A stretch of 64,000 nucleotides of DNA from an uncultured Bacteroidota bacterium. GTDB lineage: Bacteria; Bacteroidota; Ignavibacteria; Palsa-1295. A model generated the notes under the pieces. It saw only the letters and a list, made by a program, of their open reading frames with translations. It ran no database searches and was not told the origin of the DNA. A program made the position numbers and the translations under genes. Below, piece by piece: positions 1 to 11,305 of this stretch; position 1 is the stretch's first letter; each line of letters opens with the position of its first letter. Location of the stretch: contig OY969726.1 in NCBI GenBank assembly GCA_963702215.1, positions 3,288,609 through 3,352,608 of the forward strand. Reading direction: 5' to 3'.

Positions 1-428
1 ATGGCAAGATCATTCGGCAGTTCCCAAATTCCCTCATGGTTCTCCGAAATACCAAGCTCGCGTTCGGAGCAAAGCATTCCTTCGCTCGACTCGCCGCGAA
101 TTTTGGCTTTCTTTATTATGAATCCCTCGCCCAAATCAGCGCCGATTCTTGCAACCGCCACGCGCAAGCCTTCGCGCACATTCGGCGCGCCGCAGACGAT
201 GCGCAACGGCTCGCCATCGCCGATGGTAACTTTCGTGAGGTGCAGTTTATCCGCGTTCGGGTGCGGCAAAACTTCGAGCACTTCGCCGACGACGATGTTG
301 TCCCACCGTGCGCCCACGTGCTCGATCCCCTCGATTTCGAGGCCGAGCATCGTCAGCCGGTGCGCAAGATCATCTGGCGCAAATGGAACGGAGATATACT
401 CCGACAGCCAATTAAGAGAAATTCGCAT
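1..428 (-). CDS. pheT: phenylalanine--tRNA ligase beta subunit, N-terminal part; the gene runs off the window start
   Basis: Reverse-strand translation from the ATG at 428..426 gives MRISLNWLSEYISVPFAPDDLAHRLTMLGLEIEGIEHVGARWDNIVVGEVLEVLPHPNADKLHLTKVTIGDGEPL, which matches the PheT N-terminus (MKFSELWL...ITMAGLEVDGVE...VVGEVVE..HPNADKLRVTKV). No stop codon falls inside the window, so it is absent from the ORF track. The listed + strand ORFs at 1..480 and 36..434 are antisense artefacts. Confidence 0.75.
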   Translation of the reverse strand, partial: MRISLNWLSEYISVPFAPDDLAHRLTMLGLEIEGIEHVGARWDNIVVGEVLEVLPHPNADKLHLTKVTIGDGEPLRIVCGAPNVREGLRVAVARIGADLGEGFIIKKAKIRGESSEGMLCSERELGISENHEGIWELPNDLA

Positions 429-600
429 TGGTGAATACTACGCACAAGAGGCGCTCGTAGTGCCCGGAAAGTGTGTTTAGACCGGGATTTGGAGAGATTT
501 TCCAGATTCGTGAGACGGATAGCTCGTTTGGCAAATGCGGAACGTTTGCGCTCCTCGAAAACTTTGGTGATTATCGAACCAATTCCAACTTCAGACGACC

Positions 601-1992
601 ATGATTGAGACCGAATGTACTCTCGATATCCAGGCAATCCGCAAACAGTTTCCGGCCATCACGAAAGGCCGGATCGTAACGAATAACGCGGCCAGCACGC
701 AGGCGCCGAAGAAGCTTGCCGATCTTTACCAGGACCTATTGCCAGATTATGAGAACGTGCACCGTGGGCAATCGAACGCCTCGCGCGCAATGACACGATT
801 GTTCGAGGATGCGTATCAAACGATCGCCCGGTTTATCGGTGCCCCGTCCTGGCGAACCATCTCGCTCTACCGAAATACTACGGAAGCGCATAATGCTCTT
901 ATGTATTCGCTGCTGACCGAATTCCGCGATGGCGATAACATCGTGCTAACAATGATGGAGCATAATTCGAATTACGTTCCGTGGTATGGGATGTGCCGGG
1001 AGATTCTTCCAAAATTTGGTGTGAATGTGGAATATCGAATCGTAAAATTCGATCCCGAAACTGGTGAATTGGACATGGAGCACTTGGCTTCACTCGTCGA
1101 TAGCCGCACGAAGCTTATCGCGGCGAGCGGCGCCTCCAATTTTTTTGGCACAAAGAATCCCATCGGAAAAATCCGCGAGATCGCGAACGCGAGCGGGTAT
1201 GCGCAGCCAACTGGCGAGCAGAGATCCTATCTCTTAGTCGATGGCGCACAATTGGTGCCGAGCACCTATGTCGATGTCGATGCAATGGACGTAGATTTCC
1301 TTTCTTTTTCGTTTCATAAGGTGCTTGCGCCGTTCGGGGTGGGGGTGCTCTATGGCAAACTGCACCTTCTGGAAGCGATGCGGCCGTTCCTGTATGGCGG
1401 CGACATGGTGGCGGGCCTCCCAGGTTCGGTAAAGCCCGATCGCGTGAATTACAACGATTTGCCTTGGAAGTTCAGCGCTGGAACCCCGAACATCTTAGGT
1501 GCGATCGTTAGCGCGCAGGCACTTCGGGTTTTGCTCGATTTGGCGCTCAATCCCGGCGAGGATGTGTACTTTATGTCGGAGAAAGAGATCGATCGAAGAG
1601 ACGTGAGAAACGCAATGGATCAGGTCACATCGCATACTCGGTCATTGACGAAACGCGCATTGGAATTAATATCTGAAATTCCTGGCGTTCATATCTACGG
1701 CCCGCGGAATGCAAAGCAGCGGACTTCGCTCGTGGCGTTCAACATCGATGGCCGCAGCCCATACGATCTGGCCGATGCACTGAACGAGTTCGGCGTGGAG
1801 TCGCGAGCGGGCTGCCATTGCGCCGGATTAGCCCACAACGATCTTCAGATTCCCGCAAGCTGCCGCTTGAGCTTTTATATATACAATACCATCCAGGAAG
1901 TGGAGACCGCGGTCGATATTCTCGCCAAAATAGTGCGCGAAGGGATTTATGCAAAATCTCCATCGCCGATAGGCGCACTCGCCACGAGCTAA
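601..1992 (+). CDS. cysteine desulfurase, SufS/CsdA-like class V aminotransferase
   Basis: 463 aa. Contains FSFHKVLAPFGVGVLYGK (PLP-lysine region) and ESRAGCHCAG (SufS-type active-site Cys loop). No sufBCD genes are adjacent. Confidence 0.7.
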   Translation: MIETECTLDIQAIRKQFPAITKGRIVTNNAASTQAPKKLADLYQDLLPDYENVHRGQSNASRAMTRLFEDAYQTIARFIGAPSWRTISLYRNTTEAHNALMYSLLTEFRDGDNIVLTMMEHNSNYVPWYGMCREILPKFGVNVEYRIVKFDPETGELDMEHLASLVDSRTKLIAASGASNFFGTKNPIGKIREIANASGYAQPTGEQRSYLLVDGAQLVPSTYVDVDAMDVDFLSFSFHKVLAPFGVGVLYGKLHLLEAMRPFLYGGDMVAGLPGSVKPDRVNYNDLPWKFSAGTPNILGAIVSAQALRVLLDLALNPGEDVYFMSEKEIDRRDVRNAMDQVTSHTRSLTKRALELISEIPGVHIYGPRNAKQRTSLVAFNIDGRSPYDLADALNEFGVESRAGCHCAGLAHNDLQIPASCRLSFYIYNTIQEVETAVDILAKIVREGIYAKSPSPIGALATS

Positions 1993-2011
1993 GCCTTGTT
2001 GGTTCGGGTTC

Positions 2012-3382
2012 CTATTTCTCGCTGTAGGATTTCAGAAGATAGGTGTCCGAACTCGTGGTATTGCCCTGGAGTATTCCTGAGTTTACGATCTCGTCCTGCC
2101 GCTCGGGATAGTACTTGAGCTGTTTTGAATACCAAACCGTCGTCGTTTGTGCGGAGGATGCAACCGGAACTAAGCCACCGAAGGCGGTCGCGGTAAGCGT
2201 TACCGTAATAGAGCCCTGCTCGCATGGGAACGAATGCCCGGCAGCCGTGATCGTCGCTGGCCCTAAATCCTTCGCTGTCGAGGTAAGACTCACGGCGACG
2301 GGCACGGTCGTCCCGCCATACGGCATCGTAATAGTCGAATCGAACAAGGAATTGGATTGCGGCGTCTTGCTCCCGATGGGAATGGTAAACCAACTCAATG
2401 TAATCCCGATCGGAATCGGGATCGAACTCAGGTCCGCGTAGATGGAAATATCGCCATTGGATTCGAGATGAAAATAGGAAATACTTCCATTGCCGCCTTG
2501 TACTTCAACTACGTTCGCCTTCCCACCAAACGAGAGTGTGTTGGTCACAACGGTGTAGGTGGAATCCGAATGCGGGCCGGTTACGCCAGTTGTATCGACG
2601 GCGGAATAATCGTAAGTAAACGTGCTGCCGGAGCTGGGTGTGTTCGAGGCCGAGACTCCCGTTGCGGTTAGCGTGCTCACGGCGTAATGCTGCGTGCCGC
2701 CGGCGGCGTAGTGAATCGAATCTATCGCTGATTGTGGGCCGGGCGCATTGGGGTTGAATTGGAGATGAATCAGGATATAGCCGCCGCCCTGGATGGTCAC
2801 GGGAAGGCGGAAATTCGTATCTTGCGCTTGAACGGAATTCACCGCACTCGAAAGAATCGTTACTGGCTGGTTCCCGGTGTTGACGAGGGCCACCGTGGTA
2901 TCGCGCCACACCCCGACTGCCACGGAACCAAAATCAACTTCTGCCGGCACGAAGAGGCTTCCTGAAGTTCCACCGGTCGTTCCGCCGCCGGTATCCGTCG
3001 CATCCAGCGTCAGTAGGGCCGTGTAGTTCTTCCCCGATTCGATGTAACGAAGCGTATCGGTTCCATTGGTCGTTTGCGATGAAGGTGTGAATCTTATCGC
3101 GATCGTGTGGGAACCATCCGGAGCCAGCGAGACCACATGAGTAAAGTTCGTATCCGTGACCGAGGGCGAAGCGCCACTCGCGGTAATGGTTACACTATCG
3201 ATCGCCTCATCGAATAACTCGACGGTGGTATCTTTGGGTTGGCCGCTTGGATCGGAACCAAAATTAATCGCATGAGGAATGATAACCAGCCCGCCGGAAC
3301 CGGCACCAGAGATGGGAGAACTCGGCGAGGAACAGCCCGCGAAGAAGGCGGCGACGAAGAGAGCCAGTAATGTGCGAGTCAT
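2012..3382 (-). CDS. lipoprotein with repeated Ig-like (choice-of-anchor-D-like) domains
   Basis: N-terminus MTRTLLALFVAAFFAGCSS is a lipobox. The protein is Gly/Thr/Ser-rich with repeated VDFGSVAVG...NTGN..VTI motifs. Confidence 0.45.
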   Translation of the reverse strand: MTRTLLALFVAAFFAGCSSPSSPISGAGSGGLVIIPHAINFGSDPSGQPKDTTVELFDEAIDSVTITASGASPSVTDTNFTHVVSLAPDGSHTIAIRFTPSSQTTNGTDTLRYIESGKNYTALLTLDATDTGGGTTGGTSGSLFVPAEVDFGSVAVGVWRDTTVALVNTGNQPVTILSSAVNSVQAQDTNFRLPVTIQGGGYILIHLQFNPNAPGPQSAIDSIHYAAGGTQHYAVSTLTATGVSASNTPSSGSTFTYDYSAVDTTGVTGPHSDSTYTVVTNTLSFGGKANVVEVQGGNGSISYFHLESNGDISIYADLSSIPIPIGITLSWFTIPIGSKTPQSNSLFDSTITMPYGGTTVPVAVSLTSTAKDLGPATITAAGHSFPCEQGSITVTLTATAFGGLVPVASSAQTTTVWYSKQLKYYPERQDEIVNSGILQGNTTSSDTYLLKSYSEK

Positions 3383-3457
3383 AAATTATTAGAATCGAAA
3401 ATTCTCAATTAACCGATGAATACGATGAGCAACTTTCGTCGCCGATTAGTTTCCGCC

Positions 3458-4509
<1,052 letters not shown>

Positions 4510-4544
4510 CGGGAATAGAACGCCAGCGAACGATAAATCGCGCC

Positions 4545-5948
4545 TTAGTCATTCGGAGGTTCCAGCGCCCCAGGACTTTCGAAGGCCGGTCCATATCGCT
4601 TCACAAAATTTTGGATGATCCCGGTAAATATAGGATCGACTCCCAACCCGGCCCCGCTGTGGATTGCGGCAGCGTTGAGGACCGCGTTGCCATTCGAGAG
4701 ATACATTAAACTCATTTCTCCGCCGCCGGAGCCATCCCACCGTGGGTCGTCCTGATTGTAGATAATTCCAATCGATTCGGTTTCGCAGTTCATTCCGGAG
4801 GCAATGATTTCTACGTTCTTTGTGCTCCGCCGTGTAGTTTTATCTGTTTCCGCGCCGCAGATCGGCTTTCCATCGATTCCGGCAAGACCAAAAAGATCGC
4901 CCTCACGAGCGCCAAGCCCTTGCAGGATCCAGTGGTCATGCTTTGCCGTGAGCCGGTAGGGTGCATAGGTATGCATCCCGGAGCCATTATACCGCCCTCC
5001 CAGATATCGTTCCTGCGGACGGAAGTGGTGTTTCCACATCCCTCCGTAAAAACGAGTGTGCTCAAAGAAGGTTAGGTCCTTCCGGCATTCCATGCGGGTG
5101 TGATTGCCGTTCCATTTAACGATCCAGTAAAGCTGGTTCGCCCCGAGCGAAATCAGCGAAGCGCCACGCACGATTCTCGATCGTATCGCCCAGTGCATCA
5201 GCTTCGAAATGTACTCGCAATGGTAGGCCAGCACGAGCAGCTTGCACCGATCGAGATGCCCGGCTTCTTCGAGCAGATAATCCGGAATAACTGAAACACT
5301 CGGATAGTTTGACGAAAACCAGTGAAAAATATTCGCTTCTACATGAATTGAGTGGTTGGTCTCAAACGCGGTATTAGGGCGCTCGGTCGAGACAAAATAG
5401 ACGGTTTTGTCTTGGAACTTATTCTGATACAACGATTTCCCTCCCCAGGTATTGTAGGCCGTCCACGTCGAGACTGGCGCAAGAATCACGATCGAAGCAG
5501 GTTCCCTCGTACCGATAATAAAATAAATTTCGAAGGTTTTGCCACTCGATTTATCAGTCAGGAGTGCCTGATAGTAGCCGACACTAAAATCGTCATCGAT
5601 GGACATCGTGAGGGTTGGCTTCCACGCACAGCCTTGTTCGGACGCGGTGGAAGAAATCGCTTGCGGGGCACGAGAAACCGAGACGGCGCGAACCTCCCGA
5701 TATTCGAAAGGACCGGCCATCTTCCGCACCGAGAGCGTATTTTCTGCGGAATCCGAGCGCAAAAAAAATGTGATGGTTTCACCCGCGTAATAAAATTGCT
5801 TGTCGGTGTAACCTTCGGGATTGTGGGGTTCCATGTCCGGCGTCGCCTCATTGCGGACGAAGGAAATGAAGCGGTAACGATAGTACCGCAAAAGGACAGC
5901 CATGACGGCCCCAAGGGCCAGAACTATCGCTACGAGAGAAAGAAGCAT
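4545..5948 (-). CDS. membrane-anchored hypothetical protein; tentatively resembles the N,N-dimethylformamidase beta-subunit-like / glutamine amidotransferase-like fold
   Basis: The ORF runs to 6017. The likely start is MLLSLVAIVLALGAVMAVLL (a TM helix) at 5948. Motif ILAPVSTWTAYNTWGG. The assignment is from memory of the family and is uncertain. Confidence 0.35.
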   Translation of the reverse strand: MLLSLVAIVLALGAVMAVLLRYYRYRFISFVRNEATPDMEPHNPEGYTDKQFYYAGETITFFLRSDSAENTLSVRKMAGPFEYREVRAVSVSRAPQAISSTASEQGCAWKPTLTMSIDDDFSVGYYQALLTDKSSGKTFEIYFIIGTREPASIVILAPVSTWTAYNTWGGKSLYQNKFQDKTVYFVSTERPNTAFETNHSIHVEANIFHWFSSNYPSVSVIPDYLLEEAGHLDRCKLLVLAYHCEYISKLMHWAIRSRIVRGASLISLGANQLYWIVKWNGNHTRMECRKDLTFFEHTRFYGGMWKHHFRPQERYLGGRYNGSGMHTYAPYRLTAKHDHWILQGLGAREGDLFGLAGIDGKPICGAETDKTTRRSTKNVEIIASGMNCETESIGIIYNQDDPRWDGSGGGEMSLMYLSNGNAVLNAAAIHSGAGLGVDPIFTGIIQNFVKRYGPAFESPGALEPPND

Positions 5949-6091
5949 CGAAGAAATGCGAAGCGGGAAATTGCGAATTCTAAAAATTATGCCGCGAGTG
6001 ATGTAACAATCCCACACCCTCTTGTGTCCCTGTTTTAGAACGCCGGCTTGGACCGCGACGAACTGTCGAACTTCTCGTTTTTTTTATTATT

Positions 6092-8863
6092 ATGAATATA
6101 GCAAGAATTCGCGGGCGAGAAATCGTCAAGCGCACTGTGGTTTTTCATTCCATTCTTTCCCGGCTTCGCGCCGGGACGCTCTTCGCTGTCGCGTTCCTCC
6201 TGGTTATCGGGGGCTATGCTGTTCTCGAAACGAGTGCGCATTCCGCCGGGATCACGGGATATACCCAAAAATCGACGAACGTCGGGTGTTACTGCCATTG
6301 CTCCTCGGCCAGCGGTGGCACCACGGTATCGATCACAACCAATGCGACGACGTTCTATACGGGCCAAACCTATCAGTTTACCGCGACGGTTTCGAACAGT
6401 GGCGAATCGGCTGCCGGAATCGACATCGCAACGGAATTTGGAACGTTGAGCGCCATCTCGGGACAGGGGCTCTGGCTATCGAGTGGGGAACTCACTCATT
6501 CAGCTCCCAAATCGCTCGCGGCGAGTTGGAACTTCAACTGGACCGCCCCTTCTTCACCGACCTACGACACCATTTTTGCGACCGGTAATGCCGTTAATGG
6601 CGATGGCGCTAATGATGGCGGAAATTGCACGGACAATTGGAACTTTGCCCCAAAGTATATTATCCATGTGGTCCCGGCACAAACGATGCGGCTTGCTTTC
6701 GGTCGAGGTTCGATCTTGCTGGGTTCTGTTCGCGTCGGCCACCGGGTTGCGGATTCGCTGCTGGTTCGCTCCACCGGCACGGGGGCGCTCACGATCAATT
6801 CGAGCGCGATGAAATCCGGGGCGCAATTTTCGAGGTACCCCAGCACGACTAATCGCACACTCGATGCCGGCACGATCGAAGTCGATAGCGCCATTTTTGC
6901 TCCCACGGCGCGGGGTACTTTCAACGACTCACTGATTTTTAGCACGAATTCCGATACCTTGCCCGAACAACGAACCGGTGTTTCTGTATCGGGTCAGGGA
7001 ATTCAAGCTATTTTTGCGGCGACAAATGGCACCAGCCTCTCCTTCGGAAACCTTCGTGTGGGCCGCACGGCTACCGATACGTTCCACTACTCGAATTCAG
7101 GCGACGATACGCTCTTTCTTCAAGCTCCAAGGATTTCGGGCAATGGGTTTTCCATCGTATCCGGCGGAACTGCCGATACTTTGCCGCCCAATCAAACAAG
7201 AAGCGTTGCCGTGCAGCTTGCGCCTGACGCGAAACAATCTTACAGCGGAACTTTATCTTTTACTGCTTCCGATGAGGTTACCACGCCAGCGGTGAGTTTG
7301 AGCGGAAATGGAACGCTCCCGCAAATCCAAGTTTTGTCTCGCCAAAACCTTGGGCAAATTCGTACAGGGCTGACCCTCGCCGGAACCGCTACATTCCAAA
7401 ACACCGGCAACGATACGCTGCATATTTCGAATGCGACCCTGACCCAGCTTTCGACAGAATTCTCATTGGGAGCCTACGATCAAGCCGTGGCCCCCGGTGC
7501 CATCGGAACGATTCACATTTCCTATACCGCAGACAGCGAGACCACGGACACTGCAACCCTGCATTTCATAACGGACGATCCCTCGGATTCCACGGTTGCA
7601 GTCACACTAACCGCGGCCGGGACTGCGCCGCACATGGCCATAACAGAGAACAGCGATACCCTCGATCTCGGCGAGGTCAAAGTGAATTCGAGCGTTACGC
7701 ACGACATTGCCGTTACCGATAATGGCATGGCTATCCTGACCCTCACCAACGTTGCAGCCGGCCCAGCGCCATTCGGTATTGCAGCGAATCCCGTTATTGT
7801 CGGCGCTGAGGGAACCGCCTATGTAACCGTAAGCTTTGCGCCCTTGACTGTGGGCACATTTTCTGGAATGCTCGTCATTCAAAGTGACGATCCCCAAAAT
7901 CCATCGGACACGGTTTATCTTTCCGGGCAGGGAATCAATAGTTCACTCACAATCTCTCCGGCCAGCGTTGCCTTCGGATCGATTTCGGTTTCCACCACGG
8001 CAGTGGATACGATCGAGTTGAGCAACACCGGTTCGGCCAGCCTGAATATCAATGGTTACGAGCTTTCTCCTGCCTCCGGCAGTTTTACGGTGGTCGATTC
8101 CTCGGCGCATCGGGTATCGGCGGGCGATTCGGTCAGCGTGATCGTGAGTTTCCATCCCGATACGTCAGGAAGCTATTCGGGAACCCTGACGCTGCTCACC
8201 GACGATGGCGGCGCGCCGGAGCGCACCATCGATCTTTCCGGGTATGGAGTTAAAGGCGCGCTTAGCCTCTCCGCTTCTTCCCTCGATTTCGGCAGCGTAC
8301 TCGTTGGCCGTGATTCGGCGATGAGGCTGATGCTTCGAAACAGCGGCCAGGCAAGCGTCACACTTAGTTCGATTAACTTCACCGGTCCCGGCGCCAGTGC
8401 CTTCAACGATGGTGCGTTTTCTACACCGTCGTCATTAACAGCCGGAGATTCAATCGCTTTGACGTTAACCTTCACGCCCTCCGCGTCCCAACTATATGAG
8501 GGAATGGTTCAGTTTATGCTTGGAGATGGGACAGATGTCGCCATTCCCATCAAAGGAGCTGGCGCGAGTGCGGAAGTTTCGTCGCCCAATTTTGGAAGCG
8601 AGGCGCTCTCATTCTCCATCACACCAAATCCCGCAGCAAATTTCGTTACCATCCATTCGACCGCCGAAAATGCCTCTGAAACACACCTGGATGTATTCGA
8701 TGCGAGCGGTCACGAAGTTCTTCACAAATCGCTCGGGATGCTGCCGGCGGGGGAGCACGATGTGGCCCTGCCGTTAACAACGCTCGTGAACGGCAGTTAC
8801 TTTGTCCGTATGAGGAATGGGAATGGCGATTGGGCGCAGCGAAGTTTGATTCTGGAGAAATAG
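6092..8863 (+). CDS. large secreted multi-Ig-like-repeat (choice-of-anchor-D-like) protein with a T9SS C-terminal sorting domain
   Basis: 923 aa. N-terminal TM/signal FAVAFLLVIGGYAVL. About 8 repeats of the L.FG.V.VG.....L...N.G...L.I.S pattern. C-terminus ...SFSITPNPAANFVTIHSTAENASETHLDVFDASGHEVLHKSLGMLPAGEHDVALPLTTLVNGSYFVRMRNGNGDWAQRSLILEK is a typical type-A T9SS C-terminal domain. Confidence 0.6.
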   Translation: MNIARIRGREIVKRTVVFHSILSRLRAGTLFAVAFLLVIGGYAVLETSAHSAGITGYTQKSTNVGCYCHCSSASGGTTVSITTNATTFYTGQTYQFTATVSNSGESAAGIDIATEFGTLSAISGQGLWLSSGELTHSAPKSLAASWNFNWTAPSSPTYDTIFATGNAVNGDGANDGGNCTDNWNFAPKYIIHVVPAQTMRLAFGRGSILLGSVRVGHRVADSLLVRSTGTGALTINSSAMKSGAQFSRYPSTTNRTLDAGTIEVDSAIFAPTARGTFNDSLIFSTNSDTLPEQRTGVSVSGQGIQAIFAATNGTSLSFGNLRVGRTATDTFHYSNSGDDTLFLQAPRISGNGFSIVSGGTADTLPPNQTRSVAVQLAPDAKQSYSGTLSFTASDEVTTPAVSLSGNGTLPQIQVLSRQNLGQIRTGLTLAGTATFQNTGNDTLHISNATLTQLSTEFSLGAYDQAVAPGAIGTIHISYTADSETTDTATLHFITDDPSDSTVAVTLTAAGTAPHMAITENSDTLDLGEVKVNSSVTHDIAVTDNGMAILTLTNVAAGPAPFGIAANPVIVGAEGTAYVTVSFAPLTVGTFSGMLVIQSDDPQNPSDTVYLSGQGINSSLTISPASVAFGSISVSTTAVDTIELSNTGSASLNINGYELSPASGSFTVVDSSAHRVSAGDSVSVIVSFHPDTSGSYSGTLTLLTDDGGAPERTIDLSGYGVKGALSLSASSLDFGSVLVGRDSAMRLMLRNSGQASVTLSSINFTGPGASAFNDGAFSTPSSLTAGDSIALTLTFTPSASQLYEGMVQFMLGDGTDVAIPIKGAGASAEVSSPNFGSEALSFSITPNPAANFVTIHSTAENASETHLDVFDASGHEVLHKSLGMLPAGEHDVALPLTTLVNGSYFVRMRNGNGDWAQRSLILEK

Positions 8864-8880
8864 CGATGAGGACAAATGGA

Positions 8881-8913
8881 CAAAAAAAGGGCACCCAACC
8901 GTGCCCTTTTTTT
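8881..8913. terminator. bidirectional rho-independent terminator between two convergent genes
   Basis: The sequence is AAAAAAA-GGGCAC-CCAACC-GTGCCC-TTTTTTT: a 6-bp GC stem flanked by an A-run and a T-run. It lies between the stop at 8863 (+) and the stop at 8932 (-). Confidence 0.7.
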
Positions 8914-8931
8914 GTCGCATGAAATTCGAGG

Positions 8932-9585
8932 TTACTGTGCCGAGCTCCGCTTCACGCCCTGATGCTCGTGGACCGCGGGTCTCGGAGCCTCTTTCTGCAC
9001 CGGCTTCATCGGCTTCGCTTCCTTCTTCTCGGTCTTTCTTTCCATCTTGGCCTGAGCTGTATCGGCTGCGTTTCCGGCAGCGGTTACCGCATATTGCTGC
9101 ACTTGCTGCGCGAGGCTGGTATGCGTGTCCTGAAAACTTTTCCATTTGTCATTCAGGTCGTTGAAGTTCGTGCCTAACTGATCGTCCGCGTTCTTGAATG
9201 CATCGGCGCCCTGGTCCGGAGTAGCATTCATATACGCCTTCGTGCTATCGATGAGTACGTTGATCGAATCGCCATTCGCCTCGTGTTTCGCAACATCGGC
9301 CTTGAGCGCGCCGATTTTCGCGGTATCCGCACCCGGCTTGACCGAGGCCATCGTGAGCGTAGCCAACCATTGGTCGTGATCCGACTTCATTGAGGTCATG
9401 CTCGTGTTAATTTGATTGATGAGCGTTTCGGCCGAAGCCTTCTTCGCGGCGTAATCCGTTTCGAGTTCCGTGTTCCGTTTGCTGCACGCCGCGAGGTTCA
9501 GGCTGAGGGCTGCGGCGGCCGCCAGGATCGAGAGATTCCGTTTGGAGAGTGTCATAGTGATTCGGGTTGATATGAGAAATTTCAC
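8932..9585 (-). CDS. hypothetical lipoprotein
   Basis: 217 aa with a lipobox (...AAAALSLNLAACSKR). It is Ala/Lys/Asp-rich and has a low-complexity charged C-terminus. Confidence 0.45.
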   Translation of the reverse strand: MKFLISTRITMTLSKRNLSILAAAAALSLNLAACSKRNTELETDYAAKKASAETLINQINTSMTSMKSDHDQWLATLTMASVKPGADTAKIGALKADVAKHEANGDSINVLIDSTKAYMNATPDQGADAFKNADDQLGTNFNDLNDKWKSFQDTHTSLAQQVQQYAVTAAGNAADTAQAKMERKTEKKEAKPMKPVQKEAPRPAVHEHQGVKRSSAQ

Positions 9586-9720
9586 AAGCTGGATGGCCGC
9601 ACGCGGTTCCTAAAATGCGGAGCAACCGGCCGCTTGTGGCGAATGGAAAAATTATTAATCGTACCGTAACATTGGGACACGTCACAAAAGTGCTCGCATT
9701 TCGGAACGAATATGCACGAG

Positions 9721-10404
9721 TTACTTCAGCGAGTCGATGATCTGACCCGTGCTTTGTTTGACGTGCGACTGCACTCGATCCCAGCGCGTCTCGAAAACAA
9801 TCGCGTAGGCAAAATAGGCCGCGAAGGCGAGCATGACGATCCCCGTTCCCAAATTGATTTTCCGTAGCGTCGATTCCGCGAAGCCGCGATGATGCCGCGA
9901 AATCCACCGGATGAGAAGACTGAACCATCCGAACGTTCCCGCGCCCGCGCCCAGGGCAAAAAAGACGTTCGTTACCACGCCCGTTCCCAACACACCCCAG
10001 CTTCGCCACAAGCCGGAGACGATGATCCACTCCGGCACGGCCATTACGTTCGTCGCATAAAGCAGGACCCCGATCAGGAACGATTCGGCGAAGCTTTGTC
10101 CATCCGGCTTTTTCTCTTGGTGGTGAAATGGGATGTGCTCTTCGGCGTCTTCAGGCGGCTTGCTTGGTAACTTAGTACGTAGCTGGCGAATTCCAAGCAA
10201 GAGAAGCGCGATAAATCCGGCCAGTTCGAAAAGCAGATTGATAACCGGCGAGGCAACGAGGAACTCGTTGATTTGCGCCGCGCCGCCGCAATAAATAATG
10301 TCCATCAACGCCGCGCCAGCGCCCACCGTTAGCCCGATCTTGTAGCCATATTTCAGCGTGCGCGAAATCGCCGACGTATTGACCGGGCCGATCGGCATGG
10401 ACAT
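9721..10404 (-). CDS. LysE/RhtB-type exporter family membrane protein (putative)
   Basis: About 6 TM segments. The PIGPV motif resembles the LysE SPGP motif. The frame is open upstream of the listed ATG through LITALIIGGITGWL (a likely first TM helix), so the true start is probably a non-ATG codon near 10440. Confidence 0.4.
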   Translation of the reverse strand: MSMPIGPVNTSAISRTLKYGYKIGLTVGAGAALMDIIYCGGAAQINEFLVASPVINLLFELAGFIALLLLGIRQLRTKLPSKPPEDAEEHIPFHHQEKKPDGQSFAESFLIGVLLYATNVMAVPEWIIVSGLWRSWGVLGTGVVTNVFFALGAGAGTFGWFSLLIRWISRHHRGFAESTLRKINLGTGIVMLAFAAYFAYAIVFETRWDRVQSHVKQSTGQIIDSLK

Positions 10405-10702
10405 AAGCCAGCCCGTGATGCCTCCGATGATGAGTGCGGTAATCAGGAATACGCGTTAACATAGTCAAGCGGTCCCAAAGTCCCCGACGGTTTTGAAAGA
10501 GCCTTAAACGCGCGCGGAAACACTAATTATTATTTTTTTTGAGTTTTCATTTAATGAAACGCATTCATAAATCTCAGGAAGTTCCGCAATTCCAGAAAAT
10601 TCGTGAGAAATTTTATTTTATTTCCCGCCACGCCTCCGGCTCCAAAAGCTGGCTCGGCTTCACGCCGAGGGCTTTCGCGATTTTAACCAAACAATTCCTG
10701 AA

Positions 10703-11305
10703 GTGACTATTTTTCACTTTTCTCACTTTTTGTTGAGCCAAAATCCTGACAATGACCTTTTCTTGGTAGAGCAAGCTTCTTTTTCGTTGACGCAGGTGAT
10801 ACCGGAGACCGAGTTTCTTCGCTTTTATGAGGTTCATCGCGCGCGCTTAGAGCGGGCGATATTGAGCTACGCCCGCCGCGACCGGGAACTTGCGAAGGAC
10901 GCGCTTCAGCATGGACTCGCCGCCGCGCTCGAAAAGTTCCGAGACCGGGAACTCGATGAAGCGACGCAGGGAGAATTCCTGCGGTACACCATTACGTGTG
11001 CCGAACACTACATCCAGCACGAGTGGAAACAGAGCGGGCGAGAACCGATTATCAAAGACGATGACGATGCGCCTATCGACTACGATCCGGACGGGAACCT
11101 GATGCACGAACGATTGGAGCAATCCATTCGGGAACTGCCGGAGAGCAAGCGAAGGGCTATTCAAATCCGGTTTTTTTCGGATGAGAACCTGACGCTGGAA
11201 CAAGGCGCGGCACTTTTCGGAAAATCCGTGGCGACGTTCAAGCGGGAGCTGACGAAAGCGATGACGACACTGCGCCAAAAAATGGATACCGAGGTAATGG
11301 CATAA
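10703..11305 (+). CDS. RNA polymerase sigma-70 factor, ECF subfamily
   Basis: 200 aa. Region 2 (FLRFYEVHRARLERAILSYARRDRELAKDALQ) and region 4 HTH (LTLEQGAALFGKSVATFKRELTKAMTTLRQKM). Confidence 0.7.
   Translation: MTIFHFSHFLLSQNPDNDLFLVEQASFSLTQVIPETEFLRFYEVHRARLERAILSYARRDRELAKDALQHGLAAALEKFRDRELDEATQGEFLRYTITCAEHYIQHEWKQSGREPIIKDDDDAPIDYDPDGNLMHERLEQSIRELPESKRRAIQIRFFSDENLTLEQGAALFGKSVATFKRELTKAMTTLRQKMDTEVMA

Noticed and set aside
1-480. + strand ORFs 1..480 and 36..434 at the window start
   Set aside because: The reverse strand of the same DNA translates to a clear PheT N-terminus. The + frames are low-complexity antisense artefacts.
6022-6588. 188-aa + ORF preceding and overlapping the start of the big T9SS gene
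   Set aside because: It is in a different frame from the 923-aa gene over the same DNA. It is Cys/Arg-rich with no homology features.
10613-10837. 74-aa - strand ORF with an HTH-like stretch (IAKALGVKPSQL)
   Set aside because: It overlaps the start of the ECF sigma gene and its promoter region and has no SD or signal. It is most likely spurious.
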